From positions 1 to 40,712 of the IMG/VR virus record IMGVR_UViG_3300045285_000049: a stretch of DNA of 40,712 bases; one strand, written 5' to 3'. The notes beneath the pieces were generated by a model. It did not search any database. It was not told where the DNA came from and saw nothing but the letters and a program-made list of their open reading frames with translations. Source of the DNA: a virus (taxonomy: Duplodnaviria; Caudoviricetes). Below, piece after piece: positions 24,041 to 34,039 of the stretch (position 1 is its first letter; each line of letters begins with the position of its first letter). A program made the translations under genes and the position numbers.

Positions 24041-25624
24041 ATGGACGGTAGCGCCAGCATCGGGCTTGAGCAGGCCCTACTCGGCCACAGCCTGGGCTTT
24101 GCGCCGATGGCCTCGCCGACGCAGGTGTATGTGGCACTGTGCCTCGCCTCGACGGCGCCATCCGAGACGGTGCGCGGGCTTGAGGCGTCGGGTGGTGGCT
24201 ATGTCCGCACACCGGCCACCTTCGCGCTGATCGCCGGGCCGTCCAACATCGCCGCCAACACCACGTCCATCGAGTTCCAGCAGGCTACGTCCTCGTGGGG
24301 CGTCATCGGGTTCTTCGAGCTGTGGGACGCGGCGAGCGGTGGCAATCGGCTGTATTGGGGCCAGTTGGTCGATCCTGCTGACTTCACCACGCCGCTGACC
24401 ATCACGGTATCGGCCGGCGATATCGTGCGGTTCTCGGCTGGCACGCTGGGCGTTCAGGCAGCGACCGGCTCAGGCGGCACGGCCAGCATCGGGGCCTATT
24501 TGCCGCTCGCGGGCGGCACGTTAAGTGGGCCGTTGCTGCTGGCCGGCGATCCCACCGATCTGCTGCAGGCCGCCACGAAGAGCTACGTTGACGCGCATAG
24601 CGGAACGGGTGGTGGTCCAGGGTTTCTGCCGCTCAGCGGTGGCACCATGCTGGGGCCGCTGTCGCTCTCCGGGCCGCCAACTGCGGCGCTGCACGCTGCC
24701 ACTAAAGCCTATGCTGACGGTTTCGTGCCGCTCACTAACGTCGGTTATGCCATCGGCAATATCCCTGGCCCGATCGTGTCGCAGGGCGGCATCGCGGCGC
24801 TCAGACCGCCGGCTGAACTCATATTCCAGCGCAATGCGTTTGCGGCAACGGATGGTGGTGACTTCCGGTTCCGGCGTGCAACCACATTCACAGGCGGTAC
24901 GCCGTCGAACATCAATAAGACGCTACAGGTCGAGTTCGGCAATACCGCAGGCAATGGCTGCCAGGAATGGCCGTTCCTGGTTAAAGCCATGAACAGCAGC
25001 ACGTCAGGCGGTCAGTTGGTCAGTGCCTACATCCAGGCATGGCGCAATGCTGGTAATGGCTTGACCACTGGACTGATCACCGACGTTGCGGATTTCCAGG
25101 GCACACCGTCGTCAACTTCCGGCCAGCTTACCGGCATGGAATGGGATTTGAACGCGACTGGTGCGGATGACGGCGCGAACGGCAGCCGGTTCGGCGGCAT
25201 TGGCATTCGCCAGATGGTGCATGCCGTGTTCGCGAATATGTCGAGCACGATCAACAGCGAATACACCGCCGGCATCTGGTTTGGCACCGGGATCAACGGC
25301 ACGGCGTCTGCCTACGTGGATAGCCTGCTGTGCGTGCAAGGCGGTGCCGGGCAACCCACGCTGATCCGCAACTTCCTCGACAGCCGTGGTGCTGCTCCAC
25401 CACCCGGTGTGACCGACCCGGTGGCGGCGGTGCGGATGAGCGCAGGCCACATCGTCGATTTTAACGGGGGTCCCGCGCTGACCAGCGCGCCGGGTGCGTA
25501 TCTCCGCTACGACGGCGCCACCAGCAAGCTGATCTATTACGTCTCCGGCGTCGCGAAATGGAGTGTGGACACATCCGGCAACATGCGCTGCGCCGGCACC
25601 GTCACCCCGAGCGTCGCGCCCTGA
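24041..25624 (+). CDS. Fibre/spike protein
   Basis: VYVAL...EASGGGYVR N-terminal domain; duplicated LPLxGGT...AATKxYxD fibre repeats. Confidence 0.75.
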   Translation: MDGSASIGLEQALLGHSLGFAPMASPTQVYVALCLASTAPSETVRGLEASGGGYVRTPATFALIAGPSNIAANTTSIEFQQATSSWGVIGFFELWDAASGGNRLYWGQLVDPADFTTPLTITVSAGDIVRFSAGTLGVQAATGSGGTASIGAYLPLAGGTLSGPLLLAGDPTDLLQAATKSYVDAHSGTGGGPGFLPLSGGTMLGPLSLSGPPTAALHAATKAYADGFVPLTNVGYAIGNIPGPIVSQGGIAALRPPAELIFQRNAFAATDGGDFRFRRATTFTGGTPSNINKTLQVEFGNTAGNGCQEWPFLVKAMNSSTSGGQLVSAYIQAWRNAGNGLTTGLITDVADFQGTPSSTSGQLTGMEWDLNATGADDGANGSRFGGIGIRQMVHAVFANMSSTINSEYTAGIWFGTGINGTASAYVDSLLCVQGGAGQPTLIRNFLDSRGAAPPPGVTDPVAAVRMSAGHIVDFNGGPALTSAPGAYLRYDGATSKLIYYVSGVAKWSVDTSGNMRCAGTVTPSVAP

Positions 25625-25854
25625 TGGCAACGCCACGCCCCTATGGTCGCGGCCCGTATGGCGCCTCGGTCTATGCCACATACCGCACCTACGAGATCGG
25701 CGGCCTCTCCCAGGTGGCGTTCGGCGCCGAGGCGGCAACGCTGATCCGCACCTGGCAGCAGCCGACGCAGATGTGCAGCGCGGGGGCGTGGCAGCAGACG
25801 CCAGACTGCAACTCCGGCACATGGACGCCGGCTGACCTGGAGTTGGCGGCATGA
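25624..25854 (+). CDS. Small virion-module protein
   Basis: MATPRPYGRGPYG...; overlap-coupled. Confidence 0.6.
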   Translation: MATPRPYGRGPYGASVYATYRTYEIGGLSQVAFGAEAATLIRTWQQPTQMCSAGAWQQTPDCNSGTWTPADLELAA

Positions 25855-26132
25855 GCGACTACACCACCACGCCGAATTTGGGGCTCTATAAGCCCACCCC
25901 GAACGCCGATGGCGATATGTGGGGCGACCACCTTAACGCCAACGCCGACATTCTCGATGCGGCAGTTGGTGGAGGATCTGGCGGCGGCCCGTTTGTGCCG
26001 CTGAACGGTAGCGCACCGATGACAGGGAAGCTGACCGCACCCGGACTGGTCCTGACCGGATTGCCCACGAGCGCGTCCGGCCTCGCGGCTGGCACGGTAT
26101 GGAACAACGGAGGCGTGCTGTGCATCGCTTGA
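25851..26132 (+). CDS. Short fibre-anchor protein
   Basis: N-terminus resembles that of 29176-30240; ends GLPTS...GTVWNNGGVL. Confidence 0.65.
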   Translation: MSDYTTTPNLGLYKPTPNADGDMWGDHLNANADILDAAVGGGSGGGPFVPLNGSAPMTGKLTAPGLVLTGLPTSASGLAAGTVWNNGGVLCIA

Positions 26133-27796
26133 TCGCACTGGCGGCTGCCTTTGCGCTCACGGCGCCCGCTATCGCACAGACGCCGACATTCACGACGTTG
26201 ACGGTGCAGGGCGCGACGACGCTCAATGCTGGTGGTGCCTTTACGGGTACGTTCACCTACACCGGCACCGGTTCGGCAATCACGCCAAGTACCGACACGA
26301 AGTGGGGCTACACATACAACGGCAGCAACCCGACCGGCGAGGCGCGCCCGTGGCAGATCACCGCCAATGCCGACTACACTGGCGGTGCTAATGGCAATGT
26401 GACCCTAGGGATTGACGCCGAACTAAACACCATTGTCGGCACGTTTCCCTTCGGCTCTACGAGCTACACGCCACAGAATGCCGGCGCAGGCGAGCATCAG
26501 TCGGCCCTATATGGCCACTCGACGTTGCGAACCGCACCAGCGATGTTCGGCTGCACGCCAGGGACCAACTGTCCAGGCACCACATTCGCGACCAACGGGG
26601 TTAATGCCTTCGCGGATAATGTCAGTACGGGTGAGTTATTCAGCGCGCGCTCGATCATCGTTCACTCGCCGACGAAGGCCAAGAGTTTCACCGCCAATGG
26701 CTACAGCGCTGGCAACGGTGGCACCATCGATATGTGGTCGGCGCTATCGTCCGATGACGCCCGCAGCGGCATCGACGTGGGCCAGGCGGTCGGCATCATC
26801 GTCGGTGCCAATACAACATACCTCAATAATGGCTTTGGTGCCGCGCAGCCGATCGCTCATGTGCATGCGCGCTGCGGTAACCGCACTGACACAGCTACCG
26901 GCTGGGTGAGCGGCAACACGCTTTATCTCGCCACATCTCCGGCGACAGCGCTGGCAATGGGGCCGGGCAATGTCGTCACCGGCACAGGCGGCTTTGTCAG
27001 CGCGCATCTGATGCAGGCGGTGAGCACCGCGCCAGTAGCTGGTGTCACGCCGGGCGGATTTATTGCGTATTTGCTCGATGGTGCAGCGCAGACTGTCGGT
27101 AGCCAAGCCTCGCCGGTTACCCTGACGTTCACTGAAACCTGCATTCCGATCGTGGCCAACAACTTCTCAAGTGGTGGTCTTGCAACCATCGGCTTCATCG
27201 GCGGCAGCAGTGCCACAAACGCCATCCTCGCCTCGATCGACCAAGGCTCGGACAGCACGGTGCCGCTCGGAAACTATCTCGACTTTCAGGTCAACGGGGC
27301 CATCTCGGCCTATGTTTACAGTCAGGGCGGGGCGCGACCGGCCGGCATGGCGATCGGGTTCACCGCGCCGCCAGCCAGCATACCGCTCGACGCCCTGTGG
27401 GTGAACGGCAGCACGATGACCGATATCCTGCGGGTCAATGCAAGCGGTGCTACGTCGATTACGACGACCGGCAATGTCGGCATCGGCGTGGGTCGCGTCG
27501 CCGTCGCTTCGCGTCTCGTCGTAAAAGGGCCGGATACGACGAGCACGACGTTGCAGTTGCAGGACAGCAATGGCGTGGAAGCATTCCGCGTTCAGGCCAA
27601 TGGCGCCATCATTAGCGTCGGTCGGATACAGGTGACGAGTATGACGGCCACAGCCGCGCCGGCGGCAACGTCTGCTGGGCAGGTCGCCATTGGCGGCACG
27701 ACTGGCCCTGTGACCAGTTGCGGCAGTCTGGCGGGTTCAAACGGGTGTCTCGCTATCAGCGTCGCCGGCACCACGCGCTATGTGCCGTTCTACTGA
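26120..27796 (+). CDS. G/T/A/S-rich beta-structured fibre-like protein with apparent signal peptide
   Basis: GGAGG then GTG; HRLIALAAAFALTAPAIA-Q; GNVGIG repeat; ends GTTRYVPFY. Confidence 0.7.
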   Translation: MHRLIALAAAFALTAPAIAQTPTFTTLTVQGATTLNAGGAFTGTFTYTGTGSAITPSTDTKWGYTYNGSNPTGEARPWQITANADYTGGANGNVTLGIDAELNTIVGTFPFGSTSYTPQNAGAGEHQSALYGHSTLRTAPAMFGCTPGTNCPGTTFATNGVNAFADNVSTGELFSARSIIVHSPTKAKSFTANGYSAGNGGTIDMWSALSSDDARSGIDVGQAVGIIVGANTTYLNNGFGAAQPIAHVHARCGNRTDTATGWVSGNTLYLATSPATALAMGPGNVVTGTGGFVSAHLMQAVSTAPVAGVTPGGFIAYLLDGAAQTVGSQASPVTLTFTETCIPIVANNFSSGGLATIGFIGGSSATNAILASIDQGSDSTVPLGNYLDFQVNGAISAYVYSQGGARPAGMAIGFTAPPASIPLDALWVNGSTMTDILRVNASGATSITTTGNVGIGVGRVAVASRLVVKGPDTTSTTLQLQDSNGVEAFRVQANGAIISVGRIQVTSMTATAAPAATSAGQVAIGGTTGPVTSCGSLAGSNGCLAISVAGTTRYVPFY

Positions 27797-27803
27797 GGCC
27801 GGC

Positions 27804-28022
27804 ATGAAACCACTCGTTGTCATTGCGGCGCTCACGATGACCCCAGCCGCCGCTGCGCAGGAGCCGTCGTCCAACGAGGCAAAGGCGCTCGGCAGTATGA
27901 TTGTGGATGCCGCCCAGCGCGAGGCGCAACTGCGGGCGCAGATATTCGCTCTGCAGGACGAGGTCGCGCGGTTGAAGGCGCAGGCCAAGATCGCTGAAAA
28001 CAAGGAAGCGCCGAGGCCATAA
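27804..28022 (+). CDS. Small coiled-coil protein with apparent signal peptide
   Basis: MKPLVVIAALTMTPAAAA-Q followed by a heptad-like helix. Confidence 0.6.
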   Translation: MKPLVVIAALTMTPAAAAQEPSSNEAKALGSMIVDAAQREAQLRAQIFALQDEVARLKAQAKIAENKEAPRP

Positions 28023-28219
28023 TGATCGACCCCAACACGCCGATCGCCGTCAGCATGAGCGCGCAGCAGTGGGGTGTCGTGCTAGAGGCGTTGAGCCATG
28101 CGCCGTATCGCGTGGTAGCGCCGATCTTCGTCGCGATCCAGCAGCAGTGCATGGAGCACGACGCGCCGATGCGCGTGTCCGGCGGTGCCAACGGCGCAGA
28201 TCCCCATCCCGAGCCATAG
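28022..28219 (+). CDS. Small hypothetical protein (possible fibre chaperone)
   Basis: QWGVVLEALSHAPYRVVAPIFVAIQQQ. Confidence 0.6.
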   Translation: MIDPNTPIAVSMSAQQWGVVLEALSHAPYRVVAPIFVAIQQQCMEHDAPMRVSGGANGADPHPEP

Positions 28220-28249
28220 GAGGCGGTCATCGCAACGCTCGCAGGACAG

Positions 28250-28546
28250 ATGTCGCAGACTCCACCTGGGGATCCTCAGTGGGTCGCGGCGGATGGGCGG
28301 TACCACCACGGCTATGCGCCGCTACCCAACCCGCCCCGGCCGCATGCCGGCGTCTCTACTGGCACCAGGCGCGACTACTGGCGCAACAACGGCGGCTGGG
28401 CGCGGACCCGTGGCATTGGCGGTTGGATGATCGGCACTCCATACGATCCGGCAGCCACTTGGTTCATCTCTCTGGCAGATGACTCGGCTGAAACTACCAT
28501 TCCGGCCGCACCGACGCCGATGAAACCGCCGCCGGGCGTGAAGTAG
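28250..28546 (+). CDS. Hypothetical protein
   Basis: AGGA RBS; 98 aa. Confidence 0.6.
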   Translation: MSQTPPGDPQWVAADGRYHHGYAPLPNPPRPHAGVSTGTRRDYWRNNGGWARTRGIGGWMIGTPYDPAATWFISLADDSAETTIPAAPTPMKPPPGVK

Positions 28547-28547
28547 C

Positions 28548-29084
28548 TCAGATGCCAGAGAGAACCAACTGCGGTGCGCTGTTCTCGCGGTTGCGTTGTA
28601 GATACGCAATCAGTTGCAATAGATGGGGTATTGAGTCTTGGACCATGCCCAGTGCGTGGTTGCATCTCTCACAGATCCATCCCCGGAAATGGCCGTGTTG
28701 ATGGCAGTGATCGAACACAATACGCTTCGTAGCCTTAGAGCATATCTCGCATACGTCGGGGCGCGGGCGTCCGGCAAGACGTTCTCTGTTGCGAATGTGG
28801 CTCGGCTCGGTGTCGGCCCGCTTCGGTTTTACCTTGATATTGTATTCATCAGTTTTCTGCGGGTTTTCTGCACGATAGGCACGGCTGTAATGGCGTCTGC
28901 GGGCTTTGCGGCCAGGTTCCGCATCGTAGGCTCGCTTTTGTTCCTTGATCTCCAGGTAATGCTGATTCGCCTGTTCGCGTATCCTGACTCGATTGGCAGC
29001 GTAGTAGGCGCGCTGCCGCGCTGCGATTTTTTCCTTGTTTGCTTGGAGGTAGCGCCGAAGCGCTTCTGGGTCTTTAAGAGGCAT
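28548..29084 (-). CDS. Endonuclease VII-type His-Me homing endonuclease
   Basis: CEIC...[24 protein letters not shown]. Confidence 0.9.
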   Translation of the reverse strand: MPLKDPEALRRYLQANKEKIAARQRAYYAANRVRIREQANQHYLEIKEQKRAYDAEPGRKARRRHYSRAYRAENPQKTDEYNIKVKPKRADTEPSHIRNRERLAGRPRPDVCEICSKATKRIVFDHCHQHGHFRGWICERCNHALGMVQDSIPHLLQLIAYLQRNRENSAPQLVLSGI

Positions 29085-29085
29085 C

Positions 29086-29159
29086 AGCCTAGATCCTTGT
29101 TCAGAAGGGTCCTGGTTAGGGGCGGTAGCAGTGTTTGCAGCACAGCTACTGTCCCGCTT
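29086..29159 (+). ncRNA. Two-hairpin element, copy B
   Basis: AGCC-stem-GGTTAG-long hairpin-CGCTT. Confidence 0.55.
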
Positions 29160-29175
29160 CTCGCGGGGGCTAGTT

Positions 29176-30240
29176 ATGCCTGATACTTACACCACCAACC
29201 TAGCGTTGGTAAAGCCCGAACCTGGGGCGAGTCGCGACACATGGGGTAGTAAGACTAACGCGAATTGGGACACGATTGACCAGCTTCTGAGTATGGCAAT
29301 GCCGATTGGCAGCATCATCGACTACGCTGGTCCTACCCCACCGCCTGGTTACCTAGTTTGTGACGGTAGGCTAGTCAGTAGAGTGACTTTCGCGGCGCTG
29401 TTCGCTGTCCTGGGCACCTACTGGGGAGCAGGCGACGGTTCCACGACGTTCGCACTGCCCAAGGTGCAGGGCCGCGCTCTGGTCGGCCCAGGCACCGTCA
29501 CCGACCCGAACGGCACCACGCTGTCGCTGACCTTCGCGCAGCAGCTCGGCTGGCTGTCTAACCAGATCCTGCAGACGCATCTGCCCAACTACGCGCTCAC
29601 CGTCACAGCGGCTGGCGCGCATACCCATGGCGGGTCCACGGTGGGGGCTGGCGGCCATAGCCACACCACCGACGTGCAGGGCGGTCATAGCCACGGGGGA
29701 GCGACGGGGAACGAGAGCGCCAATCATACCCACTCTGGCGCTACCGACTCGCAGGGCGATCACAGCCACACCTACGCCGGAATGTACGTCGCGGGGTCTA
29801 CGAATATCGGTACCGGGCCATTCGCCATGGGCGGCAATGCCACCACGTCCACCAATGGCGCGCACACGCACAGCTTCACCACTAGCGGGGAGAGTGTGTC
29901 GCACTACCACGGTATTTCTGCAGACGGCGCCCATGGGCATGTCATCTCGGTGGTGGGCGATCATACCCACACCATCAATTCGGACGGCAGCCATACCCAT
30001 ACCATCAACCTCGGCGGCGGTGGCACGCTGTACAGCCTGATGCAACCCGTCATCGTGGTCACTAAGATCATCTACGCTGGCGCTCAGGCGGTAACGCATG
30101 CCGTGGGTGAGGTCGCGCCGACCATCGAGGGCCGCGACGAGCTTGCGGTAATCCGTGAGGAGTTGGCGCAGTTGCGGGCCATCCTCGCACCGGCACGTTC
30201 GCCACGGCTGCTCAGCGCGCCGGCGAGGGGCATGCACTGA
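29176..30240 (+). CDS. Tail fibre with tail-collar domain and HxH repeats
   Basis: [11 protein letters not shown]...PPGYLVCDG...[21 protein letters not shown]; ten HxH motifs. Confidence 0.9.
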   Translation: MPDTYTTNLALVKPEPGASRDTWGSKTNANWDTIDQLLSMAMPIGSIIDYAGPTPPPGYLVCDGRLVSRVTFAALFAVLGTYWGAGDGSTTFALPKVQGRALVGPGTVTDPNGTTLSLTFAQQLGWLSNQILQTHLPNYALTVTAAGAHTHGGSTVGAGGHSHTTDVQGGHSHGGATGNESANHTHSGATDSQGDHSHTYAGMYVAGSTNIGTGPFAMGGNATTSTNGAHTHSFTTSGESVSHYHGISADGAHGHVISVVGDHTHTINSDGSHTHTINLGGGGTLYSLMQPVIVVTKIIYAGAQAVTHAVGEVAPTIEGRDELAVIREELAQLRAILAPARSPRLLSAPARGMH

Positions 30241-30241
30241 C

Positions 30242-31789
30242 ATGCCGCGCGTGGCTCAGGCACCGCCGCCGGGGATCGTCAGGAATGCCACACCAGAGGC
30301 TAGTCATGGCGTGTGGTATGACTGCAACAATATTCGCTTCCGCGGCGGGCAGTTGCAGCCGATCGGCGGCAACGTGGCACAGCCCGGTACCACCGTTACC
30401 GATCTGCCGCGCGATCTGCTGACCTGGCACGACAACGCCCGCGTGCGATGGGCGGCCTTCGGGACTGATACCAAGCTGTACGCGTATCGCTTCGACCTGC
30501 AGACGCTCTACGACATCACTCCGTCCGGTGTCGGGCCGCTCGATCCGCCTGGCGCGCTGGTCGGCTACGGCATGGGCGACTACAGCGCCGACGCCTATGG
30601 CACCTCACGCGATGCCGCCGATATCGGCACGCAGGACATCGCCGCCACTATGGGCGACCGCTGGAGCCTCGATACGTTCGGCGAGGATCTGCTGATCGTG
30701 CCTACGCAGGACGGCCACCTGTTCCGCTGGTCGCCGCAGACGCCCGCCACGCTGCCGGTGTTGGTGACCGCCGCCCCCATCAACTGCCGTGGCGTAGTGG
30801 TGACGGATCAGCGCCACGTCGTGCTGCTCGCGGCCGGTGGCGACCCGCGCAACATCGCATGGAGCGACCAGGAGAACCCCGACGTTTGGCTGCCCGATGT
30901 GACCAATCTCGCCGGCAGCAAGCTACTGCAGACGCAGAGCTATACAATGACCGCGATCAAGATCAGCACCGGCATCCTGATTTTCACCGCGAATGATGTC
31001 CACCTCATGACGTACGTTGGAGCACCATACGCCTACGGCATCGTGCAGATCGCCTCGGGATGCGGGCCGCTCTCACCGCGCGCCGTGGTGGCTATCGGCT
31101 CGTTCGTGGCGTGGCCTGGGTTGCAGACGTTCTGGGCGTACAGCGGCAATGTTCAGGCGCTGCCCTGCACGGTGCAGGATTGGTTCTTTTCGCTGGTCAA
31201 TCGCACCATGGCCGGGCGGTTGTTCGGTTCTCCTAACCCGTCGTTCAGTGAGCTGTGGTGGGACTGGCCGGACGAGGACAGCCTGGAATGCAACCGCTAC
31301 ATTGCGTTCAACTACGCCGACCCGGCGCATCCCTGGACGATCGGCGTTCGCTCTCGCACTGCCGGAGATCCGACCGGCACGATGGACTATCCCGTGCTCG
31401 GAGGCCCGCTGGCCGATGGCGGGGCGCTCTACCTCCATGAGTTCGGGTGGTCAGAGAATGGCGTGCCGCGTGCGGCCACCGGCAGCATCTATGCCGAGAG
31501 CGGCAACATCGTGATCGGCGAGGGTGACAAGCGTGTCCACGTCAAGCAACTCGTGCTCGACGCCACCACCGCGGTGGACGGCATGCTGGGGTATCGGTTC
31601 TTTCCCCGCGAGCAGCCCTACGACAGCGCCAGTGAGTTCGACACCGGGCTTTATACCGCCATCCACAACGGACTGATGGATATCCGGTTCTCCGGCCGCT
31701 CGACGCGGATGCGGATGGAAGCGACCGCCGACGGGCCGTTCGCAGTGGGACGGCCGCGCCTTGAGATGCGCGCTGGCGGGCGCCGCTGA
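30242..31789 (+). CDS. Tail nozzle / DNA stabilisation protein (P22 gp10-like)
   Basis: WYDCNNIRF, WSLDTFGEDL, IAWSDQENP motifs; precedes the ejection genes. Confidence 0.8.
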   Translation: MPRVAQAPPPGIVRNATPEASHGVWYDCNNIRFRGGQLQPIGGNVAQPGTTVTDLPRDLLTWHDNARVRWAAFGTDTKLYAYRFDLQTLYDITPSGVGPLDPPGALVGYGMGDYSADAYGTSRDAADIGTQDIAATMGDRWSLDTFGEDLLIVPTQDGHLFRWSPQTPATLPVLVTAAPINCRGVVVTDQRHVVLLAAGGDPRNIAWSDQENPDVWLPDVTNLAGSKLLQTQSYTMTAIKISTGILIFTANDVHLMTYVGAPYAYGIVQIASGCGPLSPRAVVAIGSFVAWPGLQTFWAYSGNVQALPCTVQDWFFSLVNRTMAGRLFGSPNPSFSELWWDWPDEDSLECNRYIAFNYADPAHPWTIGVRSRTAGDPTGTMDYPVLGGPLADGGALYLHEFGWSENGVPRAATGSIYAESGNIVIGEGDKRVHVKQLVLDATTAVDGMLGYRFFPREQPYDSASEFDTGLYTAIHNGLMDIRFSGRSTRMRMEATADGPFAVGRPRLEMRAGGRR

Positions 31790-32010
31790 TGGCCCGCCCC
31801 TACCATCCGCCGGCGCCGTTCACTGCGCCAGTCAGCGGCAACCTAGAGCAGCGGCTGGCAGCAATAGCCGATGCGCTGAACCGCAAGCAGGATGCGGGCG
31901 GCACATCGACGGCGTTTCCGTTCATCGGAATGGTCTCGCCGAACGGCACGACATGGCGCTTGTCGGTGGACGATGCCGGCACCGTGGTGACCGAGATGGT
32001 GCCGCGATGA
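31789..32010 (+). CDS. Small tail protein
   Basis: SPNGTTWRLSVDDAGT. Confidence 0.7.
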   Translation: MARPYHPPAPFTAPVSGNLEQRLAAIADALNRKQDAGGTSTAFPFIGMVSPNGTTWRLSVDDAGTVVTEMVPR

Positions 32011-32378
32011 GCCTGAGCAGCGAGGAAAAGCTGCGGCGACTGGAACGCTCTCTGGAATATGGCGGCGGCACGCACACGGTGCAGGACGTGGTGAAGTGCG
32101 TGCGCGAAGGCTCGGCGCAGTTCTGGAGCCATGGCGATGGGCTGATCGTCACGGAGCTGCATTCCTTCCCGCGCATGAAAGCCGCGCACTATTGGCTCAT
32201 CTCGGGCGCGCTGCCGGATTGTCTCGCGCTCGATGAACCGATCAGCCAATGGGCCATCCGCGAAGGTTGCAGCGTCGCGACGGCGACCGGGCGCAAGGGT
32301 TGGGGCAAGGCTGGCGCGCCCTATGGCTGGAAGCCGCACATGTACACCTTCGTCAAGGATCTGTGCCATGGCTCGTAA
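32007..32378 (+). CDS. GNAT-like fold phage protein
   Basis: IVTELHSFP...WLISG...WAIREGC...TGRKGW; usual position after the nozzle. Confidence 0.65.
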   Translation: MSLSSEEKLRRLERSLEYGGGTHTVQDVVKCVREGSAQFWSHGDGLIVTELHSFPRMKAAHYWLISGALPDCLALDEPISQWAIREGCSVATATGRKGWGKAGAPYGWKPHMYTFVKDLCHGS

Positions 32379-32847
32379 GCAGGGGCTGCTCGGCATCATG
32401 CCGGAACCCGCGGTCGACGTGGCGGCACAGGTCAGCGCAGTGGCCAATCCGTTGAGCGCCAAGACCGCTGCTTTCATGGCGCCTGGCACGCCGGTGCCGC
32501 GCACGGTGCCGGCGGGCACGATGAAGGTGACGCGCCCCGAAGGCACACTGGTCACCAACTCGGCGCAGCAGGCCAGCAAATTCGCCAAGGCGCGCAAGGT
32601 GACTGACGCGCATGTGGCAAAGCAGTTGGGCTATCCGGAAACCAAGGCTGCCGCGATGAAAGCTGGTGCGCCGCGTGTGGTGCAGGGTCGCACGGCGTCT
32701 GGTGCGGTGGCCCACGAGAGCGTCGCAAGCCGGGCCGGCATCCCAGCAGCGATACGGGCGGCGGCTGCTGCCGTGCCGGGCGGCCGGGTCGTGGTGACCT
32801 CGCCGCGCGCCGTGTTGCTGCGGCGTCTCGGCAAGCGCGGGACATGA
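32368..32847 (+). CDS. Basic Ala-rich hypothetical protein
   Basis: AAGGA RBS; MARKQGLLG... Confidence 0.6.
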   Translation: MARKQGLLGIMPEPAVDVAAQVSAVANPLSAKTAAFMAPGTPVPRTVPAGTMKVTRPEGTLVTNSAQQASKFAKARKVTDAHVAKQLGYPETKAAAMKAGAPRVVQGRTASGAVAHESVASRAGIPAAIRAAAAAVPGGRVVVTSPRAVLLRRLGKRGT

Positions 32848-32851
32848 TGCC

Positions 32852-34027
32852 ATGATGTGGACCCCAGGCGGGCAACCCGATCACCTGTCATTCGCGGGTC
32901 TGCGCGGCAGCGGCGGCAAAGGTGGCAACACCACCACCACCACCGGCCAGCAGGGCATGACTGTTACCCAGATCCCGCAGTGGCTGCAGGATGCTGGGCA
33001 GAACGCGGTCGGCACGGCGCAGCAACTCGCCCAGCGGCCATACACGCCATACACCGGCCAGATGATTGCCGACACGCCTGCCGATACGCAGCAGGCGTAC
33101 CAGGAAACGCGCGATCTGCAGGGCATGCAGAACCCGGCCTTCCAGGCTTCGGCGAATGCGTATCAGGGGCTGCTGGGCAGCGCAGCACCGGTCACCGCCG
33201 GTCAGGTTGGTGCCGATACCGGGCAGCTTTACAGCGGCTACCAGCAGAACGTTATGAACCCCGCGCAGGGGTTGTTGAGCGGCTACCTCAGCAACGCCTC
33301 GCCGGCCACCGCGCAGCAGGTTGGCGCCAACGCCACCGCGCTGATGTCGCCATACAGCCAGAACGTCATCGACCCAATGCTGCAGGCCGGGCAGCAGCAA
33401 CTGGCACTGGCAAAGCAGGGCATTGCCGGGCAGGCGGCCAACGTTGGTGCGTTCGGCGGCTCGCGGCAGGGTGTGCAGGAGGGCGTCGCCGACGCGCAGA
33501 CCGCGCTCGGCACCCAACTGCAAGTCGGGAATATGCTGAATAGCGGCTGGGGCCAGGCGCTGACGCCGGGCTACAACCTCGCCAACCAGGCATCGCAGCA
33601 AGGTTACGGCGCTGCCGGGTTGCTCGCCGGCATGGGCCAGAGCGGCTACAACGCGGCGCAGCAGCAGGCTGGTACCATGGGCGCCAACAACCTGCAGGCG
33701 GGGTTGACCGCTGCGCAATATCTGCCGCAACAGGCGTATCAGAACGCGCAACTGACGCAGGCGCAGATCGGCGGGTTGCAGAGCGCGGGCACTGCGCAGC
33801 AAGCGCAGCAGCAGGCGCAGCTCAGCGCCCAGATGGGCCAGTTCTACGAGGGTCAGGACTGGCCGGTGCAGAACCTCGATCTGCTGCTGTCCTCGGTGGG
33901 CGCGATACCCTACGGCACTACGTCCAACACCTCGGGGTCTGGCACCTCGGTCGCGCAGAAGAACCCAGGGCTTCTGGATACCATCGGCCAGGTCGTTGGC
34001 ACGGCCGCCACAGCTGCGTCGATATAG
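32852..34027 (+). CDS. DNA ejection/pilot protein
   Basis: GGKGG...IPQWLQDAG, MSPYSQNVI, GAFGGSRQGV; Q/A/G-rich. Confidence 0.75.
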   Translation: MMWTPGGQPDHLSFAGLRGSGGKGGNTTTTTGQQGMTVTQIPQWLQDAGQNAVGTAQQLAQRPYTPYTGQMIADTPADTQQAYQETRDLQGMQNPAFQASANAYQGLLGSAAPVTAGQVGADTGQLYSGYQQNVMNPAQGLLSGYLSNASPATAQQVGANATALMSPYSQNVIDPMLQAGQQQLALAKQGIAGQAANVGAFGGSRQGVQEGVADAQTALGTQLQVGNMLNSGWGQALTPGYNLANQASQQGYGAAGLLAGMGQSGYNAAQQQAGTMGANNLQAGLTAAQYLPQQAYQNAQLTQAQIGGLQSAGTAQQAQQQAQLSAQMGQFYEGQDWPVQNLDLLLSSVGAIPYGTTSNTSGSGTSVAQKNPGLLDTIGQVVGTAATAASI

Positions 34028-34039
34028 GAGAACGATCCG

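Noticed and set aside
24481-24730. Diversity-generating retroelement TR/VR pair in fibre repeats
   Set aside because: Differences are not adenine-specific and no reverse transcriptase is encoded; ordinary fibre repeats.
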